A stretch of 62,928 nt of DNA, filler included, from Octopus bimaculoides (lineage: Eukaryota), in NCBI RefSeq assembly GCF_001194135.2. It is 5 parts of 3 records of this genome, joined end to end, with 100 filler letters (N's around TTAATTAATTAA, not from the genome) between each part and the next. Parts side by side here need not be neighbours in the genome. Positions count along the whole stretch, not along the records: positions 56,008 to 62,928 come from NC_068999.1; 4 more parts are not named here. One strand, written 5' to 3'. The translations under genes and the position numbers were made by a program. Below, one piece after another: positions 61,630 through 62,928 of this stretch; within the stretch, counting starts at the first letter, position 1; each line of letters starts with the position of its first letter. The notes under the pieces were generated by a model that saw only the letters and a list, made by a program, of their open reading frames with translations, did not search any database and was not told where the DNA came from.

Positions 61630-62235
61630 CACACATCGTCTCTCTCTCTCTCTTTCACACACAACACACACTTTCTGTCTTACACCCCACCATCAACACA
61701 TGCCCACATACCTGTCAATTTTCTCTCTCTTTCACTTTATGCTGACATGAAACGAAATGTACGTTTCCAACCTGTAAAATAAATAAGTAAAAATCTTTTA
61801 TGGAATTTACCTAACTTTGTACCTGAACAGCTTATTGGCTCAGCTGTGTCGTTGACAAGACTGAGAGTTATCCATATATATATATATATATATATACATA
61901 CATACATATATATATATACACATACATACATACATACAAAATGAACATAAATTAGCAAACAAAATTACCATCCCCAAGTATAACGATCTATATCTCAAAC
62001 TAATCTTTTTCTCTGAAAATTCAACTGACATTGTCTTATATGCAACTAAATATGAACACTATTCAGATATAAAGAAACGATTGATCAGTTATTTGTTTAG
62101 ATATTTAACCGATTCGCTAACAATAACGAAGTGATATTGAACCAGTGCTTGTGTTATTATTATTATTAGCCCAATGATCATTGTAAGACAAAAAGTAAAG
62201 CTAATTAGCACTAAAAGAAATATGAGAGGAAAGTT

Positions 62236-62500
62236 TATCAAGAGGTAACTGCCCCATCCGTGACATAGATTTATGCCAACGGGTAAATGTTGTATATCGA
62301 ATCCAATGTAACAAATGCGACAATTTCTATGTGGGTAGCACAACAAGACCATTACACATTCAGATCAAAGAACATCTAAACACGTGAGCCTCCTCCTTCA
62401 GAAAACATTTAGACAGATGCCGGAACACCACTGCAGGGACGCTTCCCGACAGGTTTCAGTGACCGTTGGAAAACCGACTACAACGGTGATTCCATTAATT
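62236..62500 (+). mobile_element. Penelope-like element GIY-YIG endonuclease remnant
   Basis: RGNCPIRDIDLCQRVNVVYRIQCNKCDNFYVGSTTRPLHIQIKEHLNT*ASSFRKHLDRC contains VVY-CxxC-YVG and the R..EH-type and H..C motifs of PLE endonucleases. Confidence 0.88.
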
Positions 62501-62572
62501 CCTAGCAATATCTGAAGAAGGAATTTTTATAAATATTATATTGGACAATGAATAATTAAATTAATAATAACA

Positions 62573-62880
62573 AGCGCAGGAGTGGCTGTGTGGTAAGTAG
62601 CTTGCTTACCAACCACATGGTTCCGGGTTCAGTCCCACTGCGTGGCACCTTGGGCAAGTGTCTTCTACTATAGCCTTGGGCTGACCAAAGCCTTGTGAGT
62701 GGATTTGGTAGACGGAAACTGAAAGAAGCCCGTCGTATATATGTATATATATATATGTGTGTGTCTGTGTTTGTCCCCCCACCATCACTTGACAACCGAT
62801 GCTGGTGTGTTTACATCCCCGTAACTTATCGGTTCGGCAAAAAGAGACCGTTAGAATAAGTACTAGGCTTACAAAGAATA
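62573..62880 (+). mobile_element. SINE family B, 5' two-thirds, well preserved
   Basis: gcgcaggagtggctgtgtggtaagtagcttgcttaccaaccacatggttccgggttcagtcccactgcgtggcaccttgggcaagtgtcttctactatagcc. Confidence 0.92.
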
Positions 62881-62928
62881 GTTAAATTGTGAAAGGGGAC
62901 AAATGGCCCACGATTATATTTTTCGATT

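Overview
AT-rich, gappy eukaryotic genomic DNA, packed with microsatellites, tRNA-derived SINEs and decayed transposons. The repeat landscape suggests a coleoid cephalopod, probably Octopus (inference). No prokaryotic-type genes, rRNA, true tRNA or CRISPR array are seen, and almost all supplied ORFs are translations of microsatellites or N-gaps. One spliced protein-coding gene can be pieced together on the minus strand. Its candidate exons are 49462-49472, 49299-49350, 45855-45974, 43619-43840 and 4652-4774, with consistent phases and GT-AG boundaries. I do not recognise the product, and more exons may lie in gaps or left of the window. Recognisable TE remnants: mariner, a Tc1/maT-like element with both TIRs, RTE LINE, HERO-like REL endonuclease, a CR1/Proto2-like LINE with a CCCH finger in ORF1, an ORF1-only zinc-knuckle element, Penelope GIY-YIG endonuclease, Helitron/HINE ends and hAT MITEs. 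The most interesting pattern is several mutually unrelated fold-back (inverted-duplicated) elements at about 16.0, 23.8, 34.9 and 39.8 kb. Their arms carry minimal type I hammerhead-ribozyme-like folds of the kind known from Penelope-like element LTRs, three of them with non-canonical catalytic cores (CCGACGA, CCAACGA, CTCATGA). All lie inside the putative long intron of the minus-strand gene.
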